Assembly (NCBI RefSeq): GCF_006345805.1
Contig: NC_043009.1
Span: 65,782,001 to 65,846,000 of the forward strand
DNA: 64,000 nucleotides
Source: Octopus sinensis
Lineage: Eukaryota
Direction: 5' to 3'
The notes below the pieces were generated by a model. The model did no database searches, was not told the DNA's origin, and saw nothing but the letters and a program-made list of their open reading frames with translations. How positions within the stretch are numbered: the stretch's first letter is position 1; each line of letters opens with the position of its first letter. The translations under genes and the position numbers were made by a program. Shown here piece after piece: positions 1 to 12,810 of this stretch.

Positions 1-344
1 ATCACCTAGGTTGACCAGACTGTCGAATGTTTGTTCACTATGCACATCAGTTTCTTTCCTCTGAGACTAAATCATTTAACAAAATTGACTTCATACCGTG
101 GTGGATGCCTTCCGAGTGGCTTTTCCGAATACTTGGACGCCGGTAGGCAACTGCATGGGTCCGCCTACTATCTGTGAACCTTTCAACATGTCTATCCCAG
201 CAAAACTTGTGTTTTCCGTATATTGCAGGAATCTAGATAGATAGACAGATAGATATATATATAGCCAGACAAATAGATAGATACATACATACATGCATGC
301 ATGCATGCATACATACATACAGAAATCTTTTATGCTTACCTTCC

Positions 345-650
345 TGCAGTCAAATGAATCAACCCCAGAACCTGTCTTTAAAGCCTGCAACTTTTGTTCT
401 AGGCTTATTTCGCCGAACCGCTAGGTAACGGGGATGTAAGCATACTAACATCGGTTGTTAAGCGGTGGAAGAGGACAAAGTGACAAAGTCACATATGCGC
501 GCGCGCGACGAGATTCTTTCAGTTTCTGTCTACGAAATCCACTTACAGGTTTTTAGTCGGCCCGAAGCTATAGTAGAAAATATTTGCCTCAGGTGCCACA
601 GAGTGGGACTGAACTCAGAACCATGTGGTCGAGAAGCTACACAGACACTT
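345..650 (-). mobile_element. tRNA-derived SINE, CORE-type family (family A), degenerate
   Basis: Matches other copies in the window (e.g. 13138-13512): CTTTCAGTTTC..TCTAC.AAATCCAC, GGCCCGA.GCTATAGTAG, GTGGGACTGAAC..GGAACCATGTGG. Confidence 0.8.
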
Positions 651-658
651 CTGTTCCT

Positions 659-697
<39 letters not shown>

Positions 698-874
698 TTT
701 AAAGTTTTAAACAAGTTTTTCCAAGAATACCGTCTGGGTAACCAGTGCTTCGTGAAGGAATCTGGGGAAAAGCATGTTATGTCACCAACATGTAAATCGA
801 TTTTATCGTAAGCTTTCTGATATTTATCGACTATTCACGGTACTAGATTATGATCTACAAAACGTTTAGCCGAA

Positions 875-875
<1 letters not shown>

Positions 876-905
<30 letters not shown>
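876..905. repeat. (ATT)n/(TAA)n microsatellite, tail/target of the adjacent Dong-like element
   Basis: Perfect trinucleotide run directly abutting the element 3' end. Confidence 0.95.
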
Positions 906-908
<3 letters not shown>

Positions 909-1541
909 TAGTTTTATTTTTATAGCGTGCTTTCACTTCACTACCGAGCGCAGCTCTGTGTGCCTTGGGTATGTGCTGTGATTTGTTGTGATGCTCTGAT
1001 GGTTATTGTATGGAAAGTGTTCTGCGTAGGATGTGTGCAGTGCCTAGTAGTGCAATTTTCCGTATGTTATATGTGTTTGTAAGTCCTGGTGTTTTTGTTA
1101 TGTATTTGTCTGAATATTTTTTTATCATGCCTAATGCACCTACTATGATAGGAATTGTTTCTGTTTTCAGGTTCCACATTCTAGTTATCTCTATTTCCAG
1201 GTCTTTGTATTTTGAGAGTTTCTCCATTTCTTTTAGAGACACGTTGTCATCTGCCGGTATTGATACATCAATTAGAAAGCATTTTTTTTCTTCATGATCT
1301 CTGACAACTATATCTGGTCTGTTGGCCTTAATTTCTCTATCTGTGTGTATCGGCATATCCCAGAGTATGGTTGCTTTCTCGTTTTCTGTGACCTTTTCTG
1401 GTGTGTGCCTATACCATCTTTTTTCTGTTGTTATTCCATAATGTTGGCATAGCTTCCAATGTATGTAGGTTCCAACTCTGTCATGTCTGTGAATATATTC
1501 CTTCTTAGCCAGGACTGGGCAGCTAGAGATAATATGATTTA

Positions 1542-1544
<3 letters not shown>
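906..1544 (-). mobile_element. 5'-truncated R4/Dong-type non-LTR retrotransposon (end of CCHC knuckle, REL endonuclease, 3' UTR)
   Basis: Translation INHIISSCPVLAKKEYIHRHD..ILWDMPIHTDREIKANRPDIVV..LIDVSIP..KLSKY..IIVGALG..KIALLGTAHILRRTL. It contains the RPD..D..K restriction-like endonuclease motif and ends in (TAA)n. Confidence 0.9.

Positions 1545-1609
<65 letters not shown>
1545..1609. repeat. (TTA)n microsatellite separating two Dong-like elements
   Basis: Direct sequence. Confidence 0.95.
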
Positions 1610-1611
<2 letters not shown>

Positions 1612-3582
1612 TTTGCACAGCTTCTAACGCTGGAGATGTCAGCTGTTCACTGCTAGTGAACTAAAGTAACAGCTCTTATTTTTCGAGCACCTTCCGGAGT
1701 ATTCGAGCGGTTCCAAGCAGTGCTGTTTTCTGCAAGTGCTCCAACCTTATCGCAGCCCCTAATTGTTCCACGTACTTCTCAAGAGTTTTGCTCACTGTTC
1801 CCAGGACTCCGACAATTATTGGTACTACTGCTACCTTTTTCATCGACCACAACTGCCTAACTTCCCAAGCTAACCTGTCATATCTCTCGAATTTTCTTTC
1901 TTCCATATCGCATACCTTGTTGTCAGCAGGGCATGCTATATCTATGATCGAGCATAGTTTGTTTTCTTTCTCAATTAAGACTATGTCCGGCTTTCTATTC
2001 TCAATTACATGGTTACGCTGAATCATAAAATCCCATAGGATCTTTGCTTTTCTATTTTCGACAATGCCTTCAGGTTGGTGGTCGTACCAATTTTTTGCTC
2101 TGTCAAGTCCATACTTGTTGCAGAGTGTCCAGTGGACAAGCCTGGCTATATCGTCTTGGTGTTTCTTATATTCCTTCTGGGCTGGTAATATGCCATATGG
2201 TTTCACCGTTTTGTCCACATATTCTGCACTTATCACTTTCTAATGTGTTGACTATTCTGTATTTTATGTGGTTTGTTCTTAGTGCTTGCTCTGGGGCAGC
2301 AAAGATTATGGCCTCCGTTTCTGGTTTTAAATCACTTTTAGTCATCCACAGCCATCTTTTTTCTCTGTCTGTCTTATCTTCAACATCCCTATGAAATTGA
2401 CCACGCATTATTTTCTTTACCCACCTATTTTCAGTTTCATTCGTTTTCAATTTCTTGTATTGTGCTATATCTCTGCAATCTTTCATCCAACACAAGCCTA
2501 GCCTTCCTAATTCCAGTAATAGCGGTTCTGTGGCATTTTTACATACCATGCTAAGTTGTCTTCTTCTGCTTTAATGCTGAGTTCGCATCCAATAAGTCCT
2601 CTTCCCTTTCCTTTTCTTGGTACGTACAGTCTGTCTGTGTCACTTTTTGGGTGGAGTGACCCATATCTAGTTAGCAACTTCCTTGTCTTTCTGTCTAAGC
2701 TGTTTAGTTCGTCTACTCTCCATGCGATTACCCCTGCTCCATATCTAAAATGTGAAACCACCTAGGTGTTGATAGCTTCGATCTTATTCCTTCCGTTTAA
2801 TTTCAACTTAAGGATCAGTCTCAGTCTGCGTATAAATTTTTCTGTCATTTCTTTCTCCATTAATTTATCCATTTCCAAAATCCCCAAGTACTTATAGCCC
2901 GTCTCTTCTATCTGTTTCATAACCTGCCCCGACGGTATCGTCAGTCTGTCCATACATTTGATTTTGCCTCTTTTCTATACTAACACACCACACTTTCTCA
3001 GTCGGAACTCCATTCTGATATCAGCACTGAATGTATACACCATATCAGCGAGGGAACTGACATAGGCTTCATCTTTACCATAAAGTTTGAGGCCATCCAT
3101 GAATAGCAGATGGTTGACTTTTTGTTGGCGGCGTTTGAATACACACCCAGCTTTTGCATTCCTCAGAATCAGTGACAGTAGTATCAAGCACAATACAAAG
3201 ATCAGTGGGGACATGCAGTCACCTTGGAAAATGCCTCTCTCCTAATTTCTACTGTCCCGAAGCTTCTTCCGTGTGCTGTCAGGTCCGTCCTCCAATTCGC
3301 CATACTTTTTCCAAGCAATCACTCAACATTCAATGCGGTCCCAAACAGGTTCATACACTCCATAATCAAAGAATGTGGGATCATATCATACGCCTTACGA
3401 TAGTCGATCCATGACATGGCTAAGTTACTTTTCCTCCTCTTGCAGTCTCTGAGTACAGTTTTATCTATCAGAAGTTGATCCTTGGTACCTCTGCACTTAT
3501 ACTTGCAACCCTTCTGCTCATGTGGCAAGACTCCATTTTTTTCTAGATGTTCGTACATTGACTCTGGGAGTTTTCCAGTCAA
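1610..3582 (-). mobile_element. 5'-truncated, frameshifted R4/Dong-type non-LTR retrotransposon (RT, CCHC, REL)
   Basis: RT motifs [41 protein letters not shown] (FMDD-like), YKYLGI, DRLYVPRK..GRGL. CCHC CRICGQNGETIWHI; REL RKPDIVL..IIDIACP; (TAA)n tail. Confidence 0.92.
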
Positions 3583-3697
3583 TATGTACGAAGTCCAGTA
3601 TACCCATCATGATTAACTGTCTGATAAGGGTACACTAGGCACATGAATCACAACCATATGTGCGCGACATGGTGATCTCATATCAAGATTAACAGCG
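3581..3697 (-). mobile_element. Fragment of the 555-bp (TAA)n-associated non-coding element
   Basis: Reverse complement aligns by eye to ~6240-6355 and ~48015-48130. Confidence 0.85.
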
Positions 3698-3713
3698 TGT
3701 TACTATTATTTTT

Positions 3714-3943
3714 AGAGCGATGAGCTGGCAGAATCGTTTGCACGCCGGGCGAAATGCTTGGCGGTATTTCATCTGCCGTTACGTTCTGAGTTCGATTTCT
3801 GCCGAGGTCGACTTTACCTTTCATCCTTTCAAGGTTGATTAAATAAGTATCAGTTACGCACTGGAGTCCATGTAATAGACTTAATCCCTTTGTCTGTCTT
3901 TGTTTGTCCCCTCTATGTTTAGCCCCCTGTGGACAATACAGAA

Positions 3944-3989
<46 letters not shown>
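3714..3989 (+). mobile_element. tRNA-derived SINE (family B) with (ATT)n tail
   Basis: Box A-like GAGCTGGCAGAATCGTT, box B-like GAGTTCGATTTC, body GTCGACTTT.CCTTTCATCCTTTC, tail TTTAGCCCC.TGTGG.CAATA; many copies in the window. Confidence 0.88.
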
Positions 3990-4961
3990 GTTTTCTTTTT
4001 GATTGCCGTTTTAAAATGTTCCTTTTGCTTTTTGTTTTTGTTTTTGGTCGTTTTAGGGTTTTTGCTTTTGCTGTCTTTGTTCTTTTTTCTTTTCTTTTCT
4101 TTTTTTTTCTTATTTGGTACATCTTAAATTTCCGTCACCAGCCTCCTGCTTCTTAAACCACTTCTTAAACTTCTTTGATCCAGATTCCGGCCAAGGATTT
4201 CATTGCTGCTTTGGCCTCTGGCATATCCTTTCCTCGATGCTCCTTTTCATTCTTCAATTGTTTGAAGAATTTTCTTTCGTTGTTCTCCAAGATACTAATT
4301 CATTCTCTGTTGTTATCTGTTTTCTTTTTCTTTTTGTTTTTTACTCGACACTGCTTTTATTCTTTGTTTTAGTTCCTCTTTAACTGCTTGCAATCACTTG
4401 CGCCATATTGAACTTCCTTTGTGTATTTTCTGGCACACAAATCAACGTAGCGTAAACATTTAAAGTCGTCCCTGTCTATCCAAATCCTCTTGCATTTCCC
4501 ATTTTGGTCCGCCAAGTTTGATTTCCTGAATAAGTTGACTTAGCCTTTTTTATTATTGTAAATTTTGGTTTGAAAATTTTGACTCTTATACTGGGAAATT
4601 GGTAACCAGACGATGGAAAGCGGAATCACGTAGTTTACAAAGGTAACCTCTTACGCCGACGACTATTTTTATTAAAAATGATCTACTTTTGTGACAGATA
4701 AAACGCCGCACCAGGGTAGATTTTGAACCTATGATATTGCGACATATAAGCTAACATTCTCTCAACATGGGATTGTATAATTAACAAATTAAAACTAAGA
4801 GCTGAAACGAAATAAATAATAAAACAAAAGAAAGAATATTGAAAACAAATTTTTTGCTAAAGAAACAAAATCTGTCTTCAAAGGAAAGAGTAGCCACCTT
4901 TTTTTTTCCTTTTCTTTTTGCTGCAACACAACACACGTAATGTAGAGAGGCGGATAATAGA

Positions 4962-5073
4962 TGGTCGAATACATATATATATACATACATGGATGCATAC
5001 ATACATACATACATACATACTACATACATACATACATACTACATACATACATACATACATACGTGTATGTATG

Positions 5074-5104
<31 letters not shown>

Positions 5105-5292
5105 ATATATGTATGTATGTATATATGTGTGTGTGTATATATATATATATATGTATATATGTGTGTGTGTGTATAAATATATGTATGTATATATGTGTGT
5201 GTGTGTATATATATGCATGTATATATGTGTGTGTGTGTGTATATATGCATGTATATATGTGTGTGTGTGTGTATATATATATGTGTGGGTGT

Positions 5293-5336
<44 letters not shown>

Positions 5337-5544
5337 ATATATGTATGTATGTATATATGTGTATATATGTATGTATATATGTGTGTGTGTATATATATAT
5401 ATATATGTATATATGTGTGTGTGTGTATAAATATATGTATGTATATATGTGTGTGTGTGTATATATATGCATGTATATATGTGTGTGTGTGTGTATATAT
5501 GCATGTATATATGTGTGTGTGTGTATATATATATGTGTGGGTGT

Positions 5545-5583
<39 letters not shown>
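4962..5583. repeat. Compound (CATA)n/(TG)n/(TA)n microsatellite with internal block duplications
   Basis: Direct sequence; source of the six overlapping spurious ORFs. Confidence 0.95.
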
Positions 5584-5588
<5 letters not shown>

Positions 5589-5843
5589 AAAGGGAAGAAT
5601 TTACCACTCCGTCTCTAACCACATTGCTCGTAAATAATTCCATTTGAAGGATTACGCAATATATTTGGTTGAGTATGCCAGAGTGGGACTTCTAACAGAC
5701 TAACATTAAGTCATGCCTCTTTGCTTTTGGCGTAAAATATGCAGTTGCCATTGCTTACATAGGAACAGAAAACAGAGCAATAAGTACAATAATAACAAAA
5801 ATAATAATGATAATAATAATAAGAAGAATATTAATTATAATAA

Positions 5844-6398
5844 TGCCCTGATGTAGTACCAGGCATTAGCTCTCATGGCTTCTGATTTTAACTGATTGGA
5901 AGTGTTATCATGTACATTGTTTTGTCTTGGTATAAAAGATGGGCAACAGCAAATATTCAGCTGAATACCACAGATTTGCTTGTCAGTTGTTTGACCGTAA
6001 CCAGTTGAGCATGTCCCTTAGTGGCTGACGATATGTGCATCTCTGATCACGAGCAGAAGTAGTGGGGGAGCATCATAGTTATGTGTTGAGAGGAATCCTT
6101 TGGAGTTTAAATAATTCACCTCTGGAAACATGGGTGTTTCATTCAACATTCTTGAACAACCCTTATTCAGGGACCTTTTGAGCGAGATGGGCTACTGGAA
6201 CTGAAAAAAATTCTAACTGGGCCTCACCTGCAAGGTCATGCGCTGTTAATCTTGATATGAGATCACTTTGTCGCGCACATATGGTTTTGATACATGTGCC
6301 TGGTGTACCCTTATCAAACGGGTAGTCATGATAGGTATTCTGGGTTTCGTATATTTTACCCCACTGTCACTTTGATGGCATGCACTGCTCTCTTGCTT
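5844..6398 (+). mobile_element. 555-bp non-coding interspersed element flanked on both sides by (TAA)n
   Basis: Three copies in the window (3581-3697, 5844-6398, 47688-48172). No ORF. Embedded in AAT tracts; strand assigned by the TAA-tail convention. Confidence 0.8.
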
Positions 6399-6402
6399 AA
6401 TA

Positions 6403-6450
<48 letters not shown>

Positions 6451-6451
6451 G

Positions 6452-6570
6452 AATAAATACCAGACTTAAGACCAAAATAAATGCTGGAGTGGATTCGTTC
6501 GACTAAAATTCTTCAAGGCGGTGCCCCAACATGGTCGCACTCCAATGATTGAAGCAAGTGAAAGATAAAA
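6452..6570 (+). mobile_element. SINE family A 3' tail fragment
   Basis: TCGACTAAAA..AAGGCGGTGCCCCAACATGGTCGCA..AATGATTGAAGCAAGTGAAAG. Confidence 0.7.
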
Positions 6571-7048
6571 CAATATGTAAGAATACACAACGTTAGGCAA
6601 TATCAGAAAATTATCAGAAAAAAAAATTAAGTGATAGGACTGCACTTAAGTATGGCGTTAAATACATGTGTATACGGGAAAATTATGAGAAAATATTTTG
6701 GGTATAAGTGATCAAATAATCGCCAGCTTACGGAGGATCAAACCAGAAGCATATGAGTTTAGTCTCATGTGTGAGAATAGGGCTGATGTCCTAACTTGTT
6801 AATAATAGGAATTTAAGTGAAACAGAAATGAGAAAAGGAAGGAACGCCTTCTGTTTCGCAGGATTTCTTCTTGTCTTCGTATATAGAAGTGACGAATGAA
6901 GGTATTTGGAACTTAATGTTTTAGCTAAACGACGGGCCCAATCAAAAAAGAATTGGAAGTGTATTCTAACTGGAAGAACAATACAAGACCCGTTAGTTTG
7001 GTCGGTGCATGTCATGCCGGTCATATGTACGTACGTATATATATATAC

Positions 7049-7310
7049 AATTATTTGACGGAATATTAATCCAAACTTACAGGGAAAAAAATTCAATATA
7101 GAAATACTAAATCAAATTTTACACAATATAATATATATATATATATGAATTAGAAAAAAAACACCTTTTATCAATTCAAAATGAACAATTAAATTACACA
7201 ATCTAGAAAATTACATATAATAGAAATATTAAAATTAAAATAACAATAAAATATCAATAATTAAGGAAATTTCAAAAAAAATAATAAAAACGTATATAAT
7301 TATGTTTTAT
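7049..7310. mobile_element. AT-rich interspersed repeat nested in TA microsatellite (non-foldback copy of 61430-61800)
   Basis: AATTATTTGA.GGAATATTAATCC.AACTTACAGGGAAAAAAATTCAAT...TCTAGAAAATTACATATAATAGAAATATTAAA shared with the 61430 copy. Confidence 0.8.
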
Positions 7311-7318
7311 CTTGTATG

Positions 7319-7382
<64 letters not shown>

Positions 7383-7788
7383 AGATGAAATAAAAGCTAG
7401 CAACTAAACATAGATTGCCTGCGTGAAAGTTGCGTGGTACATCAGGTCAGGCTGTTGAAGTAGATTTCAAAACAAACAATATGAATAGACCGCATCTCAA
7501 ATCTCATATTGATCTCGCATCGCTACAGGCAGACTACTTGAATGAATGCTTTCAGCCATTGATCTGATCAACCTTGAAAGTGAAATTTGGTAGAAGAAAA
7601 CTGTGCGGAACACTCACACGCCTGCATTGACGAAAGGTACAAACATCGGCGAGAAAATAACTCTTTTTGAACGAAGTCCATTGGTGCATTATTCTGCTCC
7701 ACCGAGCTACAGACATTTTGCTGTCAGTTCCACTGTCATATACGAAATGACCAATGGATGGATTGTCGGAAACTTTTAACCAACGGAG

Positions 7789-8066
7789 TGGAGGCGCGTG
7801 GTTTAGTGGTTTAGGGTGTCAGAACTATGATCGGAAGATTGTGGTTTCGATTCCTGGACCGGGTGATGCGTTGTGTTCTTGAGCAAAGCACTTCATTTCA
7901 CGTTGCTCCAGTCCACTCAACTGGCAAAAATGAGTAATGCTGCGATGGACTGGCGTGCTGTCCAGCTGGGGAACACACGCGCCATAGAAACCGGGCCCAT
8001 GAGCCTGGCTAGGCTTTAAAAAGGGCACATTTTTTATGGCCCCTTGTGGGTAATAAAAAATCAACG
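7789..8066 (+). mobile_element. tRNA-derived SINE (family C) with family-B 3' end, bounded by a 14-bp TSD
   Basis: Head GGCGCGTGGTTTAGTGG..GGTTTCGATTCC; TTGTGTTCTTGAGCAAAGCACTT; GCGATGGACTGGCG. TSD TTTAACCAACGGAG at 7775-7788 and 8067-8080. Confidence 0.85.
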
Positions 8067-8859
8067 TTTAACCAACGGAGATGTTGTTCACAAATTGCCG
8101 ACAGATAAATTGTCAGATAAATTTAATGAGACAGACATAAATACCAGCAAGTTTACAATCAGAAATAATATCTCTAGCAAAAGAACTGGGTAACTAACAA
8201 ATGGTTCATCTGAAATGTGAAGTTCAGCTCGTTACAGAAATATCACTTGGGAAAGGGTGCTGAACTCTCATTGGCTCCGACTAACCTTATATTCTTCTCA
8301 ACATTGAGACGAAATCGTCGATGTTGTCGTTCAGTCTCAGGCTAGCCCTGATTGATCAGAAGAGACCTATGATTAAAAGCAATCCAAGCTTGATTTCACC
8401 GTTTTTATCTCGGCCTACTTCTGAAAATGGCCAAGTATCGGATGAGTGTATTTTCAGAGACATTTAGCTTCTAATTTTAGCGACTCTTCAGAAGTTCCTT
8501 GAAGGGAAATCTAAACTCTACTCGATAAAGATACACATGAGGTTGGCTACCCTGACATGGCAAGATGTTCCGCTTCATATATTTCTTCGGTTAATATCGA
8601 ATACTCAATAAGGAGATTAATTTTGAGAAGGGCACAAAATAGATACATCAATAAAATCATTAATTACTCAAATTAATGGTTAACAGCATGTCCCGCACGA
8701 ACCAACGATGTAATTTCATCATGACTGATTGACCTGCAAGAAGAAGCAGCAAATTTTCCCTTGGAACACACTTTGCAGACTCAAATCAGAAATAAATGCC
8801 TTGCCATGGCTGGTTGATTAAGAAACTCACTTTACAACCACGTTGTTTCGGGATCGATC

Positions 8860-9205
8860 GCCGTGTGAGTAAATTTGGTAGACGGAAATTGCGCGGAAGA
8901 CCGCAGTGTGTGTGGGGGGAGTGAGGACGGTGTGTGTGTGTGTGTTCTTGTGTGAGGGTGTGACTTTGCGTGTTCTTGTGTGAGGGTGTGACTTTGCGTT
9001 TGTGTTTCTCCCCAACCACCGTTTGACAACCGGTGTTTGTTTGTTTACGTCCCTGTGATCTAGCGATTCGGCAAAAAGAGAAGAACGCTGGAATAAGTAC
9101 CAGACTTGAAATATTAGTACTTGAATGGCTATGTTCGACTAAACCCTTCAAGCCGAAGCCCAGCATGGAGGTTGTCCAATGATTGAAAAAAAAAAAAGTA
9201 AAAGA
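8860..9205 (+). mobile_element. 5'-truncated SINE family A with internal 28-bp tandem duplication
   Basis: GTGAGTAAATTTGGTAGACGGAAA..., TAGCGATTCGGCAAAAAGAG, tail CCCAGCATGG..AATGATTGAAA; GTGTTCTTGTGTGAGGGTGTGACTTTGC x2. Confidence 0.7.
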
Positions 9206-10468
9206 TAATAGTCCTAGCCATACCCCATAAAGACAGGAAGATCATGGCTGGAATGAGTTTACTGGATATATTTTAACCCAGGGTTAAACAGGAACAACAT
9301 GCTTGGTTGGGTGGTTGGAAATTACAAATTATCCGGTGGACGTTATAGCTTGTCACCGTTGCATTCGACTCCATGAAAGGGAATCCAAAGTTCATGAAAA
9401 TTAGATAAAATATATCAAACCAACCGTATGGAAATACGTGAATCAGAATAATCAAAATGGTGGACAGTGGTTGTTGTTAAAAGGTAATCCAAAATTTATA
9501 ACCAATAAATGGCTGACTCCAAAAGAGAAGAGCAGACGACCGAGAAAAAAAAATTGGATCGATCCCTTTTACATATGTTTCTCCCTCTCCCACTCCACTA
9601 CGATCTCAGCCTGAACAAAACAAATACGAAACAAAACGATGAAATAAAATATAAATAAATTCAAAATGGAAGAAAGAGGAAGTAAAACAAACCATATTGA
9701 AGTCATTTGTTGTATGTTTGCTGATATTGTTATGCTTGAAATTGTTCATACATTTACTGTTAGTCATGTTGTTGATGTTATCGTTGTTTCATCTTTCTCA
9801 CTTGTTGTTAAATAAATCTTTTGTCGATCTTCGTTTTTGTTCGTGAAAATTTTGTCGTTGCGTTTCTGTTATCGTTATTTTTGACACTGTTGATATCACT
9901 GCTGATACGTTTTTTCATCTTACGATGATGTATTTTATCAAAAATGTACGGTAATATTTCTTCTGCCATTTCTTTAAAAGATTTATTTTGCAGCTACCGT
10001 TAATGCTGTTGTTGCTTAAATCAAGTTTCTGTCTGAAATGGACAGGATTTTCGGTGGATTTTTTACACTCGAACGAAATCGTTCTGATTGCTGTTTTTGT
10101 CGTTGCTCTTGATCATTTCGTTCTTGATGTCTTTATCGTTGTTGTTGTTGTTGTTGTTGTTGCTATTAATCCAGTGGCGTTGGTGTCAGAGATTTTCTGG
10201 TAAGTTGGTGTTTTCCTATGAATTTAATGGTGGCAATATTTGAGGTAAGTAGTATCTTCCAGAAATGATCAGAAGATGCGAAATAAAGACATCATTTATT
10301 TGATATTCATATATATGTGTGTATGGGTGCTTCTTTGTATGTATGTATGTATGTATGTATGTATATATGCATGATCACATGCATGTATTACCTACGTATG
10401 TATATGTATGTATATATGCATAAGTATATGTATATATAGGTACATATATGAAGATAGGCAGACAGATT

Positions 10469-10510
<42 letters not shown>

Positions 10511-11154
10511 AATACTGGGGAAAAAAAGATTGGTCAAAGAAACGTTTACAAGATAGAGATAGATATTGTCCTGTTATTAGTAACGAGTGAATGAGGAAAA
10601 ACAGGCAGACGGACAGACATTAAAAGAAAGGGAGAGAGAGAGGTGAGCGGGAAGAAGAAAGAAGCTGATTGTAGGTAGATAAACAGATAGGGAGAGAGAG
10701 AGACGGACAAACAGACGGACAGACAGACAGGGATTCTATAACAGCCGTTAGGTTGTTCTTGCATTGGTAAAATCATTCCAGGCACAGATTATCATTATTA
10801 TCATTATTATCCGTTCCGATTACAGTCAATCACTCTGCAAAAAGACAACGAAATCGATCTCCAAGAGCATCAGATGAGTATGGTACCAGTGTAGGATTGT
10901 ACTTGTTCCAACTAGTCACTGACTAATATCTCTCGTCGCTCTCGCTTTCTCACTCTCTCTCTCTTTCTCTCTTCACTGTTTTCATAAGTCTGTGCAATTC
11001 AGGAGTGTGTATGTGCATATATGTATGTAGGTGCCTTGATGACAGAGAAACAATATCGAATCAAAACGGAGACCAGACTGTGTCAAAAGATATGTTCATT
11101 CCACTTTTATTATACACACACTCCCACACACACACATATCACGCATACACATGC

Positions 11155-11195
<41 letters not shown>

Positions 11196-11540
11196 CATGC
11201 ATACATATAATTTTATGTGTCTATTTGTAAATACATATGTATAATATATGTATTTCTGTGTCTGCATAAATATATATTTTATATGTATGTGTGTGCGTAT
11301 AGATATATATACACATACATATGTATATTTATAAACACACACACGCACACACACGCACAGGCACACACACACACACACACACACACACACCAACAAACAG
11401 CTACCAAGCACCAGGCGAAGTCTGTAAATATTTCAACAAAATAAACGAAAGAAAAATGATCTTATGCTTTCAAATCACCAATTGTTTATTCATTATGTGG
11501 CGATACTAGAAATTATATATATTTAACTCATCAGCTACAC

Positions 11541-12774
11541 TGGTGGTGGTGGCGTCGGGGTGGCGGGGGTGTCATTGTGCTTGGGATGGTGTTGGTGGTG
11601 GCGATGCGAATGCTGGTGGTGGTGGTGTGGTGGTGGTGGTGGTGTGGTGGTGGTGTGGTAGTGTTTGGGATCGAGGTTTTGATGGTGCTTTTGGTGGTGG
11701 TGATGGTGATAGTGGTGGTGGTGGTGATGGTGGTGGTGGTGGTGATGGTGGTGGTAGTGGTGGTAGTGTTTGGGATTGAAGTTTTGATGGTGCTTTTGGT
11801 GGTGGTGATGGTGATAGTGGTGGTGGTGGTGGTGGTGATGGTGGTGGTAGTAGTGGTTGTGGTGGTAGTGTTTGGGATTGAAGTTTTGATGGTGCTTTTG
11901 GTGATGGTGATAGTGGTGGTGGTGGTGGTTGTGGTGGTAGTGGTGGTTGTGGTGGTAGTGGTGGTTGTGGTGGTAGTGTTTGGGATTGAAGTTTTGATGG
12001 TGCTTTTGGTGATGGTGATGGTGATAGTGGTGGTGGTGGTTGTGGTGGTAGGGGTGGTTGTGGTGGTAGTGTTTGGGATTGAGGTTTTGATGGTGCTTTT
12101 GGTGATGGTGGTGGTGGTGGTGGTGGTGATGGTGATAGTGGTGGTGGTGGTGGTGGTGGTGTTTGGGATTGAAGTTTTGATGGTGCTTTTGGTGATGGTG
12201 ATAGTGGTGGTGGTGGTGGCGGTGGTGATGGTGATAGTGGTGGTGGTGGTGGTAGAAGTGGTGGTGTGACAGTAGTGGTGGTAGTGGTTGTGTTGCTGGT
12301 GTTTGTTGAAGTTGTAGTGGTGGTGGTGGTTGTGGTGTTGTTTGGGATTGTAGTTTGGATGGTGGTATTGGCGATGGTGAAGGTGAAGGTGGTGGTGGTG
12401 TGATAGTGACGATGTTGATATTGCTGTTTCTTTCGTTTTTGTTGTTGCTCTTGTTGTTGTGATTGTGATAGTGGTGGTAGTACTGTTGTGGTTATGCTGT
12501 TGTTGGAATTATTGGTAGTGTTGTGGTGGTTGTGGAGGTAGTACGATAGTGACGACAGCATTGGTGATGGTGTGGTGTTGTGGGATTGTAGTGGTATCGT
12601 AGTATTGGCTGTAGTATTTGGTGGCTGGTGCATTGGTCGGGGCTGTGGTTGTGATGGCTGTGTTGGTGGTAGTTGAGGGCTATACACTGTATGAAGGGCT
12701 TCCCGCTTAAATTGGAGGTGGTAGTAGTAGCAGCAGCAGCAGTCGCCGTCCTAGTAGTAGCAGCAGTAGTAGTC

Positions 12775-12810
<36 letters not shown>

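Noticed and set aside
91-240. Possible minus-strand exon (AG at the TATC tract, G|GTATGA donor)
   Set aside because: Acceptor comes from a microsatellite and no translation is recognisable; support too weak.
4781-5647. Six overlapping 70-210 aa ORFs (and similar sets near 18.4, 24.1, 26.9, 36.3, 40.6, 43.7, 51.3 and 56.9 kb)
   Set aside because: Translations of TA/CA/TATG microsatellites ([12 protein letters not shown]) with no coding signal.
6020-6140. CTGACGA ... GAAAC as a hammerhead in the 555-bp element
   Set aside because: No convincing stem II closing pairs or stem I could be formed by eye.
11661-12195. 36-nt direct repeats with spacers resembling a CRISPR array
   Set aside because: Spacers are low-complexity GGT triplets similar to each other; no cas genes or leader; eukaryotic context.
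11572-12687. 371-aa proline-rich ORF as a confident gene
   Set aside because: Minus-strand stops are compositionally rare here, so a long ORF is expected; kept only as a low-confidence finding.
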